From Hydrurus foetidus (Eukaryota): a stretch of 25,759 bases of DNA. Below are positions 9,939 through 19,794 of the stretch, piece after piece. The DNA is taken from NCBI GenBank assembly GCA_900617105.1, contig UYFQ01000265.1, positions 124,001 through 149,759 of the forward strand. The letters are read 5' to 3'. The notes below the pieces were generated by a model. It ran no database searches. It was not told the DNA's origin and was given only the letters and a program-made list of their open reading frames with translations. Each line of letters begins with the position of its first letter. Positions within the stretch are counted from its first letter, which is position 1. Position numbers and translations under genes: made by a program.

Positions 9939-9961
9939 GACCAAATATCGATATTGTGGTC
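9939..9961 (-). promoter_or_regulatory. Palindromic element at the PBS position of Gypsy-A
   Basis: Minus strand GACCA-C-AATATCGATATT-TGGTC; the perfect 12-mer (9944-9955) includes the terminal A of the 5' LTR. Confidence 0.8.
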
Positions 9962-10214
9962 TGGGGCGGGGCCTAGGACGTTGGAGCTGTTGTTGGTGGG
10001 CGGTTGGTGCAAGCGGTGGGCAAGGAAAAGTGGAAGTCGGTGGAATAGACTTGTGTTAATATCTTACAGTTGAATAGATGAAGGTGATGTGTACGCTAAG
10101 TGCACTCACGTCATATACGGAACTAAGACCTAAACTGGAATCTGGGCGTAATGGGCCTATTGTAACTAGTATACCTAGACACATTGTATCCATATAGGGA
10201 TGCATAAGGCGACA
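9955..10214 (-). repeat. Gypsy-A 5' LTR (260 bp)
   Basis: Direct repeat of 4468-4727, upstream of the minus-strand ORF. Confidence 0.97.
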
Positions 10215-10218
10215 ACAG

Positions 10219-10589
10219 CTCAGAAGCTCAACACAACCTCTTCCTGTGAAGCAGAGCTTGTTGCTCTATCCAAGGGTCTCCAACAGAGCCTACGGAGCTC
10301 GTACTTTATTGAGAATCAGGGATACCCTACCTCACCCATCACCGTTCTCCAAGACAACCAGTCTACCATCAAACTGGTGGAGAGCGGGAGACCTACCTCG
10401 GAGCTCTCAAGGCACATCCGCATCGGATACTTCTGGATCCACGATCTCATTATCAAGAAAGTAATCAGGCTAGTGTATTGCCCTATCATGATCGCTGATG
10501 TCATGACAAAGCCTCTGCAGGGATCACTTTTCCGTACTATGCGAGACAGAATCATGGGCTCCGTCCCATGCCCTATGACAGAGGAATAG
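10219..10589 (+). pseudogene. pol: Copia-1 RNase H C-terminal remainder
   Basis: AQKLNTTSSCEAELVAL, QDNQSTI, SRHIRIGYFWIHD, MIADVMTKPLQG. Joins in frame to ...YYSKST at 4467 once the insertion and one ACAG are removed. Confidence 0.92.
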
Positions 10590-10689
10590 AAAGCAGACCT
10601 AATCGCAGGAACCCAAACGACGGTCCAAGTTCCCGACATAGGAGCAAGCCAAGGACCCTGGACTAATTCTATTCTTTACCAGACAAATT

Positions 10690-10697
10690 AAGGGGTA
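10690..10697 (+). promoter_or_regulatory. Copia-1 polypurine tract (short)
   Basis: AAGGGGTA directly before TGTTAGAA, ~100 nt after the pol stop. Confidence 0.6.
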
Positions 10698-10868
10698 TGT
10701 TAGAATTACAATCCCGGATAAGCCGGATTACAGTATAATTACGCAGTAGACTAATTTATCTGATAAGCACGCAGCTAGAGTCGTACCAAGTTGCTCCATC
10801 AGTGGACTAGTTGAACTCTATCTATCCATTCATTTGAAATCTTGGCTGACGCCCAGGATCCTTCAACA
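10698..10868 (+). repeat. Copia-1 putative 3' LTR
   Basis: Starts TGTTAGAA right after the PPT and plausibly ends CTTCAACA. No second copy is in the window, and alternative CAACA ends exist at 10885 and 10892. Confidence 0.55.
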
Positions 10869-11226
10869 TTCAAACTACCTCAACATTCAACATACATTTG
10901 CCGTATCATGATATCACGCACCACACATGACACAGACTACTAACCAACTGCACTCTATAGTCTCAATGTTTCGCATGATTAATCATATAATTATAGTAGC
11001 AATTCAAAGCTAAAAACACTTTTGTCTGATACTCGGGGTGATCGACCTCGTAAGCTCTGCAATCATAACCTGTCCTCATTAGACGGTTTGCAAGCAGTAT
11101 CGGTGAATATCAAGACAACCGATCCACGGCGATCACGTTTCAAGAGGTGCTGCACCGTAGAGTGTTGGAGTTTTATTGTGTGGTGAACCGTTTAGTGTAG
11201 AATGTAGGACCGTTCGGTTGACGTAT

Positions 11227-11392
11227 GTATTGTGCCGGTCAAAACTAAACGGTGCTGCAAAAATTTATTTTGCGGCATATTCGTGTTTTTGACCGCAGAA
11301 TCAAAGTAACAGTTATTTTGACCTCTGTCAAAAACACGAAAAAACCTCCCCGCAAAATAAATTCTCCCGTCTAGTTTTGACCGGCACAATAC
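11227..11392. mobile_element. 166-bp fold-back MITE-like element with 21-bp perfect TIRs and 3-bp TAT TSD
   Basis: GTATTGTGCCGGTCAAAACTA (11227-11247) is the reverse complement of 11372-11392. Inner arms 11262-11275/11350-11363 and 11280-11293/11327-11340. TAT at 11224-11226 and 11393-11395. Confidence 0.85.
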
Positions 11393-11630
11393 TATTGTGT
11401 GTGTGTGTGTACTACATGAAGTGTTGTACGTTACAGTACGCATGAAAAGGATTTCATGCGTGCAAGTTAAAGGACACAAGTTAAATTATCAGTTGATTGA
11501 ACATACAGAGGTCTTCCATTTCACAGGATTTGCTGAGTTCTCGTACCGTTCACATCTGACCTCGAGTGGTCCACGCGCACTGTGAAGTACAGAAATTCGC
11601 AACATAATTTAAACATCTGGGCATTCGAGA

Positions 11631-14260
11631 ATGCCTCCGAAGAAAGCTGCTGTGGCGTCTGTGAAATCCGAACCGAGATGCGTTCTTCAGTTCGGCCGAG
11701 ATAACAACGCCATTGAGTGGCGCGAGGCCATGTATAATATCGCCACCGGTCTGTACGGCACGACGGGAATGATCTTTCACCTTAACAGGTCATACAAGTT
11801 CCCACCGATCCAACAGCGAGATTACCACCCAAACTTCATCCACCAACCCGCAGCCACAGAAGGCGCAGCAGCTGACGGTAAAGATGAGGACGACGGTAAT
11901 GAAACTGACGGCAGCAACGCCGAGACAGTCCAAGGCGAAGATGAACCTGAAGCCGCAGTAGAAGAGTTCACTGAACAGTCCATCAACAAGCTCAGAGAAG
12001 GAGCATACGATCGCCGTCAAAAGGCAAATGAGCAGCAGAGACTGGATGAGGGCAAGATGTGGGCTCTCATGTGGGAACTGATGTCACAGGTATCACAGAG
12101 CAAGGTCAGGGAAGATCCACAGTTCGAAACCGCCAGACTGTCTCTTGACAGCGTTCGGCTATGGAGAATCATCCAGAGATCTCACCTCACCCATGTGTTC
12201 GGTGACCATGACAACATGACGTCTATCAACCTACATGACCAACAGTTGCGCTATAACGCACTGCGTCAGGGTGATCGTGAGCCTATTGCCTAGGTTTGAT
12301 AATCAGCTGAAGGCGAACAGTGGAGTCGTCATGACCGACATTGGTGAGCCACTACGAGCACTGGGCTTCATCAGTAAGTTGGACACAAAAAGGTACAGTG
12401 GCATGCTTACTGTGATGCGTAACAATGCGTCCTAGAACCTACCAGGTGCATATCCGGACACACTAGCAAGTACCTTCCGCACCGCTTCCACCTGGATCCG
12501 TGACGGCGCACTGATACCCCTTGGGAGCAACCACCAACACCACTCGGCGTTCTTCGCCGATGCCGTACACGTAACAAAAGCTAAGGATACTGAAAAAGGG
12601 AAGACCCCTTTGGCAAAGAAGGATAAGGCTTCGACGGAAAACAGAAAAAGGTCGTCAGTCGAAACAATACTGTGCTACGTCTGTGGGAAACTGGGCCACT
12701 ATGCACGAGATAGCGAAGATAGAAAGGGAGACACTGCTCTCTAAACTACTACAGAAGATATCGACGTTGACGAAGAAGGTAAGAGTGAGTTCGCGTTCAT
12801 CACAGTTAGTGAGTTGGTTCTGTTCTCACAATCTCATGTGCTGCTCGACAACCAGGCTTCTGTGAGCATCTTCAGCAATCGGGACCTCCTTACGAACGTG
12901 AAGCGATCAGAGAACCAGATTGTCTTAAACGGAGTTCAGTCAGATGCTGAGGGAGTGCGAGTCAGCGAAGAAGTACATTTCAATCAGATGGGAAACGTCT
13001 ACTACAGCGAGAAAGCAACTGCCAACATCCTGTCGTTTGCTGCCATGGTCGACGGGGGTGCTCAGATTCTATACAATCAACAAGAGAGTCGGTTTACTTT
13101 ACAGTCAAAAGGTAAAAGCAACATATACAGCTTTTACAGATAAAGCATTCCAGGGAGTGAAGGTCGCTTTTACGTATGTGATGTGAGATCCATGGTTTCG
13201 AATCAAGTAACTAGCCACCCAGGAGTGGAACACGCGATGGTCCAGACTGTATCCGACAACCTAAAGCTCTATACTAAGCGAGAAGTGGCGTCAGCGAAGA
13301 ATGCTCGAGAGCTAATCGCTCGAATGGGATACCCATCGGTGGAGGAAGCTATCGCAATGCCCAGAGACGGCAGCGACTTCAGTGTCACCGAGTATGACTT
13401 CCGTGTGGCCGATGCTATCTGGGGTCAAGTCATTGCATCTATCAAGGGGAAAACAACGAAGCGAAAGTCTCAGGCACCGAGTCTCACCAACAGTCGTTCA
13501 GCAGCAGCAGAATCTCTCGATCGACATTATGTTCGTCGAGCAGGTGGCGTTACTAGTCGCTGTATCTCACCCACTTGATCTTACCCCTGGTGTTATATTG
13601 GAATCTGCAGATACAGGCAAATCCTCAAGGACTGCAGAGTCGGTGAAGAAGAGTCTGGACATCTTACTATCAATCTTGAAGTCTCGGAACTTCATTGTAT
13701 CAGTCATCATGTCGGATGGGGAAGGAGCACTTGGGAAAGTGATCCCATACGTGGAGAAGTTGGCCGTAGGGGTGGACGTCAGTGGAGCTGGTGGACATAT
13801 CGCACGGATCGAACGACGCATTGGGATGATCAAAGAGAGAATACGATCTCAGATTGCCGGGACGTTGCCGTTTGTGCTCACTATCAACGGTCTGGCAATG
13901 CTTGCACTATATTGCATCTCTCGGATCAACTATCAACATTCTGGTACGCGTCCCGGAGGGGTCACTCCACGAGAAGCGTTCTCCGGACAGCAGGTTGCGG
14001 GGAATAGAGATTTCAGGGTGGCCTTTGGGGACTATTGTCAGTGTACAGTAGCGAACACCGACCGTTCGATGAATACACGAACTGATGACTGTATAGTGTA
14101 CTTGCCAACGGGCAACCGCACTGGATCTGTCAAAATGCTGTCAATCGCGACCAACGAAATCATCGTAAGGGACAATTTTAAGATACTACCTATGCCAGAA
14201 TCTTATAAACCAGCTGAACGCACTTGCAGCGAAAGATGATCGATTCCTTACGAGGATTCC
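11631..14260 (+). pseudogene. gag-pol: Copia-2 gag-protease-integrase, with several frameshifts and stops
   Basis: YNALRQGDREPI; FISKLD; degenerate knuckle CYVCGKLGHYARDS (~12673-12714); PR VLLDNQAS and ANILSF; INT LSIDIMFV / MSDGEG / HIARIERRIGMIKER; FKILPMP. Confidence 0.88.
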
Positions 14261-15940
14261 GCAAAGCATATGAATACTGTAAAAATGCGATGTGAGGGGT
14301 GTAACGGTGCCTGATAGTAATCAGCGATTAAATCCATCACACCAAAAACATCCGGTTTTTTGTTACCGATCCTCTCAAAAAGATGTTTGATATTCGGCAG
14401 GGGAAAAGAGGCGGGAGTAAGGCACTTATTAAGAGGCTTGTAATCGATGCAGGTTCGAAATTTACCGGGTGACTTAGTTGCGATTACAGGATGACTGTAA
14501 TAAGCAGCATCTGACCGCTCTATATCTCCCAACGCAAGCATCTTATCGAGATTCTCCTTAAGAGCAACCTCCTTAGTCGATGACTGGGGACGTACCGGCG
14601 TACGGTTTTCGTCTTTTTCCCACAACTCAAGTGGGATGTTAATCTCAAAAGGTTTGAGTGACGCTGGTTTCTCAGCTAATTGATCACTAAAAATGTCTGA
14701 ATATTCAGGACAGAGCTCTCGGAGCTTCCTCTGAAAGCTTTCATCTCCCTCAAAGGTAATCTCTTTGAGGAAATCCTCTGGCCCCTTGGGCAAGTCATCT
14801 TGACTAGGTTTCTCAGCTAAGAAGGGTGCGAACGTGTCTATCTTGCCATCGTCAATCTCGTCAACTGAGAGTGCGACACCACTGGGCCATAAAGGCTCAG
14901 TGACATAGTCTAAGGTATCAGAGTCCTCAGAAGTGTCTGTAGGGGTGGGAATCTGGTCGCCACCTAGATGCGGTGTATCACCCGTACGTTTTGCGAGAAT
15001 AGGAGTGACACTATTCAGTCGCTCACAACCTACAACATCACAGGGACCTTGGGTCGCGACTCCCTCAATATCCATCTGAGTATCGTTACATGTCGACATT
15101 GTATGGACACAAGAGACGTTGCTCTTCGAAGAAGATTGACCATGTAATATGCTCTTCTTATTTGGATACTCGATAGATCCGTGTGTTTCTCTCTTTTTAG
15201 AGGAAGGTTTACCGCCTGGATATTTCAGCTTATCGTAGTGAGGTGTTAAAGAATCAACTTTGGCTGTATCAGGTTCGGCACTCAACGCTATCATACGACG
15301 CGTATACTTATGCTGATACATCGGATCAAGTTTCAACAAAGCTTCTTTTCTTTCGAATTCGCGTCTGCGAGCATCGCTCTTCTTTTTATTTTCCGCGCTA
15401 AGTTCTGGCGATATGCCGAAAGCAACGGAGTTAAAGACCAAAAATCATACTTATTTACCGTCTTACGGCTAAACAAAATCTCAATTTCGGTTTTTCTATT
15501 TACCCTCATGGGTAAGCTGATGCTCTGGGATTCGCCATCGTAAGAATTAAAAAGGATTTTTAAATCACAAATTTCGTTATTTAAATAACACTGACCATCA
15601 AGGCCGCTACAAACAGTTATGGCTTTAAGAGCAGGATAACAAAGGTGGGTAGCGTTAAGTTTTTCTAACATCGTAAAAGAAAGAAAATGCCCAAAATAAT
15701 TCGCGGTGTCCAGCACGGCATTCCCCACGGCCCGCAACTCCTTGGCTGGGCCTGTCTTTCCTTTATCCTGCACGATAACAGTTACGTTGAGGTGGTGAGA
15801 AGGAAGGATAGATGGGTCATGCAAAAATTCTTCAAGAACAATTACATGCGGCTGTTCTTCGACATGAACATCTATCAGATTATGGGTATCATCGTCAAAG
15901 ACAGCAGCCACGTCATCAAGACGAAGGTTCTTACCTTGAT
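14259..15940 (-). pseudogene. pol: Gypsy-B1 protease, spacer and partial RT (frameshifted, truncated)
   Basis: VLDTANY, VCSGLDGQC, FRTCIDYKPLN, GVMDLIADYYQAPL; ends before LPFG/YxDD. Confidence 0.9.
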
Positions 15941-16046
15941 CCTGACCTGAACTGGAGGAAGAAGGAGAGTTGTTTCCCTGTGGGGGGTTGTATCGATTAC
16001 CCCTGCCCCCGGATCCACGACCCTGGTTTTGGTTCGCATTGGGGTT

Positions 16047-17420
16047 CTATCCTCCCCTTTGCTTACCTCTAAGCCCTCCTTGGTTGCCATGGTAACCACC
16101 TCCCTGGTTACCGTGGTTCCACTGGTTTTGGTTATACCCCCCTTGTCCCTGGTTGGAACGATCTGAACCACCAGAGGCATTGGGGTTGTAACCGCCACCC
16201 TGGCTGTATTTGGGGCGCTTGTTGTCGTTAGACATCAAGTAGGGTTTAGAACCCTCAGGGATTAACAGAACGCGATCTTCGTATCTGGGGAGTACGAGAT
16301 GTTGTTGCCATTCTGTAAACCCTACCGCGGCCCAAGCCATCCCCAATGTAGAATCCTCCCAATCAGCCGAATGGTCTGTATTGGAGTCGGAGTAATACAG
16401 AATGGGGCACTCATTCAACATGTGCGACTTAGACCCGCACGAGCGGCACGCTAGTAAGTTCGGTACGAACGGCACTTCCGTCGACGCACGGACAGCGAGT
16501 CCGTGCTGAGTCGGAATGTACGAGCCCGTTGTACGCACAGTCGTTGTGAGTGATCTAGACGTCACGGGTGGAGTAGGAGAGGGTGCCTTAACACTAGCTC
16601 TGCCTGTCTCTTTCTTACCAACCTCAGGCGGATTGGCTGATGGAGGGAACGAGTACACCACATCCGGGTTGCCGTAGCTCTTGATGAGGTTCGTCATCGA
16701 CCTAGCCTCAGCCAGAACCTGACCAATGCGTAGCATTGTCTTTAACCACGTCCACGTGTTAGGTGGTGAGGTGTCAGCTGCTTTCGCTCTCAGGTAGTCT
16801 TGTTGAATTTGACTACCCTTAGCTAGGCGCTTCTCCAAGATCGAAATGAGCTCAGCATGCTGAGTCGCAGTCAGAGGGCCCTTGGACCTCTCATAGTTGC
16901 TCAGAAGTTCATTGTAGCGAATGAATGTGACATTCTCATGATCGTGGTTAGCGATCTGGTAATGGAAGGGAACTTGGCTAAAACTCCCTGCCAAAGTACA
17001 CTCCCCCAAACCATTTGGGCAGAAGTACTTCACTACAAGAGTGGCTACCTGAGTCACCGATAGAATGGTAAACCAATCATGACGTTGCCGACGATCTATG
17101 ATGTTGAATTTAGGATCGACTAAGATTTTGAAGTTCAATAGTTCGATTGTCTGCTTCTGCATGCAGTCAGTCACCTTCATGTTGGGGTTTCTTTGAGCCT
17201 GTTCGTAGAACTCAATGGCATCAGCTTCATCGATGAAGTTTTGTCTGAGCACAAACACCTCACTCTGGAGTTGCATCGTCAGAGAGTTGTTTGCAAACAA
17301 CGAGTTGTTCAATGGTAAAGACTCATTGAGTGCAGCCAACGCTGCCAGGCGAGCAATCTCTTCCTCAGGAGGTGGAGCAATCTCAGGAGGTGGAGGAGTT
17401 TGAGGTGCGGCGGCGGACAT
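16047..17420 (-). pseudogene. gag: Gypsy-B1 gag (457 codons to a probably premature TAG)
   Basis: Knuckle CRSCGSKSHMLNEC and G/N/Q-rich tail; colinear with 19795-21180; homologous coding sequence continues past the stop. Confidence 0.85.
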
Positions 17421-17952
17421 ATCGCCACTAGATATGTATCTCGCTTAAACACAGCAGAGATCAATCCCCCGTTGTCAATTTTTTTGCAAGGGGTTTGCCT
17501 TGTTCGCTAACGGGTACTGTAACGTCAGTAACAATGCGTTAGAGAATTCTAACCAACTCTTGAACTGAAAAGTTCAATGGCGTAAGAGCCAAATTTTGAA
17601 TGGTGAGAAATTTGGGTACCCAAAAAGGTAGAAGACGCTGTTCTTCAGCGACCAAAAGACGTCTCTTGACTAATCTTATGTCTTCGGTGATGAATCTGTG
17701 GTTCAAACAGCCGGCAGAACAGGTCTTTAATGAATCTCGGGAAGGATCTTTCAACTTCGACCGGAAACTTAAAGAATGGAAGAGCCCAAGCTTAGGGATT
17801 CCAAGAAAGCAGGTATGCTGAATTTCTCTGACTTTGTTCTCTGAGCTCAAAGCTGCAAGAGAAGTCGGCTTATAGCTGACGAGCAGTTACTCAGAAGTCT
17901 TATCTACACGTTGGGACGAGCAGATGGACTGAGAGGTAGAAGAAGAAAGATT

Positions 17953-17976
17953 GGACGAATAGCGCTATTGTAGTCC
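17953..17976 (-). promoter_or_regulatory. Palindromic element at the PBS position of Gypsy-B1
   Basis: Minus strand GGAC-TAC-AATAGCGCTATT-C-GTCC; perfect 12-mer at 17958-17969. Confidence 0.78.
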
Positions 17977-18171
17977 GGATAGAAGTAGGTCGATGTAGAG
18001 AAGGTGGTCGTTAGTTACAGGCTATGCTAGAAGCTAGGATAAACTTTTACGAGTCGGCTGCAGCTAGCTAGCAGTGTGCAAGGATGTAAGTGTACTGTAG
18101 GCGGAAGGATCGGGTTGATCGTGACGAGGTCTGGTACGGCCCGTAGGCCCGGTATACCCGGCACGACCACA
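17969..18171 (-). repeat. Gypsy-B1 5' LTR (203 bp)
   Basis: Minus strand TGTGGTCG...GGACTACA; alignable to the B2 LTRs, e.g. TATACCGGGCCTACGGGCCGTACCAGACC. Confidence 0.9.
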
Positions 18172-19026
18172 ATAGATCACAAATGCCGAGATTCATGCCT
18201 ACCACACCACCAAATGCAGAACTGAAAATTCGAGCAGAGGCTCGACAGGAACCAGCCAATATGGAGGTGCATCAACTGGTCCTAGCTGACACTCCACCTG
18301 TTGGGGATATTATCCCTCCAGAGATAGGGGGCGTAAAAACATTAGTGGAAAGTAATTTAGAGCTACATCCGGAGGGATATGACCAAACCAGTCCAACGGA
18401 CTCACACGATGCAGAGCAAGGCATCGGTCAGCACATAGCTGACACATCGAGTGACAGCGTGTCACCCGATCCGGTCGGTGAGCATCCCCTTACCCCATCC
18501 CTTCTGTCCCCCACTCCCACTACTGTACACACTAATACAGATGAGAGCGTAGAGCGTCACTCACAGGAGCAAGTGATGGACTAATTCAGGACGGGTATTG
18601 GTGCACTCAAGAAACCATCAGAGCAGGGAGCAACATTCGTCACGTTCAACACACCAGTAGTGACCACATCGACTCAGCGAGTGTCATGCACGGAGTCCAT
18701 TACAGCAGTACTTGCGAAGCGCAAGAGTTAACTGCACGTAGAGCTTAGTGCGAATGTGAGTGTGAGAGAGGCGCTCAGAACTAGGGGTGACGATGCGAAA
18801 CTAGTCATCAACAAGAAATTACGACAAATGATAGACAAGAAGGTGTGGGCACCTGTCATGTAAAGTAGACTCACTGCTGGTGAGCGTGCGAGTATCATCA
18901 GATCGTCGATGTTCCTGAAGAGGAAGACTCATTCGGACGGGAGGTTCGACAAGTACAAAGCGAGACTGGTTGCAGCAGGCGATCAGCGGGACAAGAAACT
19001 CTACGATGACTTGTCCTCCCCCACAG
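18172..19026 (+). pseudogene. pol: Copia-2 INT-RT linker and N-terminal RT fragment (RT part not in the ORF track)
   Basis: Manual translation from 18753: NVSVREALRTRGDDAKLVINKKLRQMIDKKVWAPVM*SRLTAGERASIIRSSMFLKRKTHSDGRFDKYKARLVAAGDQRDKKLYDDLSSPT, paralleling Copia-1 LKARLVGGGD...DTSSPT. Confidence 0.88.
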
Positions 19027-19233
19027 TGTGGTCGGATCGGCTATACCGGGCCTACGGGCCGTACCAGACCTAGTCCCGATCCATCCGATCCTACCGCCTA
19101 CTGTACACATACATCTCTAGCGCAGCTGCTAGCTAGCTCTAGCCTACTCGTAGAAGTTCTTCCTAGCTTCTAGCTTAGCCTGTAACTAACTAACACCTCT
19201 ATCTCTATCGACCTACTTCCTATCCGGGCTACA
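19027..19233 (+). repeat. Gypsy-B2 5' LTR (207 bp)
   Basis: Matches 25552-25758 with 5 substitutions. The right end is inferred from the CA terminus and by analogy with Gypsy-A, because the window ends 1 nt after the 3' copy. Confidence 0.88.
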
Positions 19234-19249
19234 ATAGCGCTATTAGTCC
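19226..19249 (+). promoter_or_regulatory. Palindromic element at the PBS position of Gypsy-B2
   Basis: GGGCT-AC-AATAGCGCTATT-AGTCC; perfect 12-mer at 19233-19244. The 3' LTR version GGACT makes the outer stem fully Watson-Crick. Confidence 0.8.
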
Positions 19250-19794
19250 ATTCTTTTCTCTGCTACTCCTCATTCCATCTACTCGTCCCAACCTGTAGAT
19301 AAGACTTCTGAGCTTCTGCTCAACGACTTTCGAGTCGTTTTCTTCTGCAGCCATTGGCTCAGGGAACCTTAGTCTAAGTTAGAGAAAGTCAGATTAACTG
19401 CTTTCTTGGAATCTCCTTGCTTGGGCTCTTCCAAACTTGACATTTTGGTCGAAGTTGATTTATCCTTCCCAGAAGTCATTTAAGACTTGCTCCGCTGGTC
19501 GATTGAATCACAGATTCATCACCAGAGACACAAAGTTAGTCTATAGACTTCATTTCGTCGACGTCGAGCAACGTCTTCTACCTTAAAGGTATACCATCTT
19601 TTCTACCACTCTAAATTTGGCTTTCACGCCATAGAACTTTTCAGTTCAAGAGTTGGTTAGAATCTCTTTATTCGTTGTTACTGACGTTACAGTACCCGTT
19701 TGTGAACGAGGCGAAGCTCTTGAAAATTTTTCTGAGCAGGGGTTATCGATCTCCATTGACTTTCAGTGAGATTTACATCGATAAGTGATTAGAC

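Larger units (their letters stand above)
4468..10214 (-). mobile_element. Ty3/Gypsy chromovirus 'Gypsy-A', structurally intact
   Basis: Direct repeats 4468-4727 and 9955-10214 (TG...CA), ACAG on both flanks (4464-4467, 10215-10218), PPT, and a single long ORF in PR-RT-RH-INT-chromodomain order. Confidence 0.97.
1..10868 (+). mobile_element. Ty1/Copia LTR retrotransposon 'Copia-1', degenerate; 5' LTR not in window; interrupted at 4468-10218 by Gypsy-A plus one TSD copy
   Basis: Domain order gag(CCHC)-PR-INT-RT-RNaseH is diagnostic of Copia. The RNase H frame rejoins exactly across the Gypsy-A insertion. A PPT and a TG-starting LTR follow the pol stop. Confidence 0.92.
14259..18171 (-). mobile_element. 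Ty3/Gypsy 'Gypsy-B1', 3'-truncated relative of Gypsy-B2
   Basis: Inverted homologue of 19027-~22901 with a 5' LTR, leader, gag, PR and first part of RT. Similarity stops at ...FICFA (14259). Confidence 0.93.
11163..19026 (+). mobile_element. Ty1/Copia LTR retrotransposon 'Copia-2', degenerate; interrupted by a MITE, Gypsy-B1 and (at 19027) Gypsy-B2; 3' part expected beyond the window
   Basis: gag-PR-INT fragments at 11631-14260, linker and RT start at 18172-19026. The left boundary TGTTGG at 11163 is tentative because no second LTR is visible. Confidence 0.82.

Noticed and set aside
9932..9940. TGGTATCGA resembling the tRNA-iMet PBS (TGGTATCAGAGC)
   Set aside because: It is on the strand opposite to Gypsy-A transcription, matches only 7 nt and is not adjacent to the LTR in the required orientation.
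10869..11162. Possible host gene, ncRNA or further element between the two Copia elements
   Set aside because: No ORF, tRNA fold or terminal repeats recognisable; only a short AT-rich palindrome (ATGATTAATCAT) expected by chance.
11521..11545. GGATTTGC... after TCACA as a half-tRNA PBS for Copia-2
   Set aside because: The complement does not give a convincing anticodon arm, and the LTR end cannot be fixed without a second LTR copy.
19110..19130. TAGCGC in the B2 LTR (and GATATT in the A LTR) as a Tf1-style self-primer complementary to the PBS
   Set aside because: Only 6 nt, and the B1 LTR lacks TAGCGC although it has the identical palindrome.
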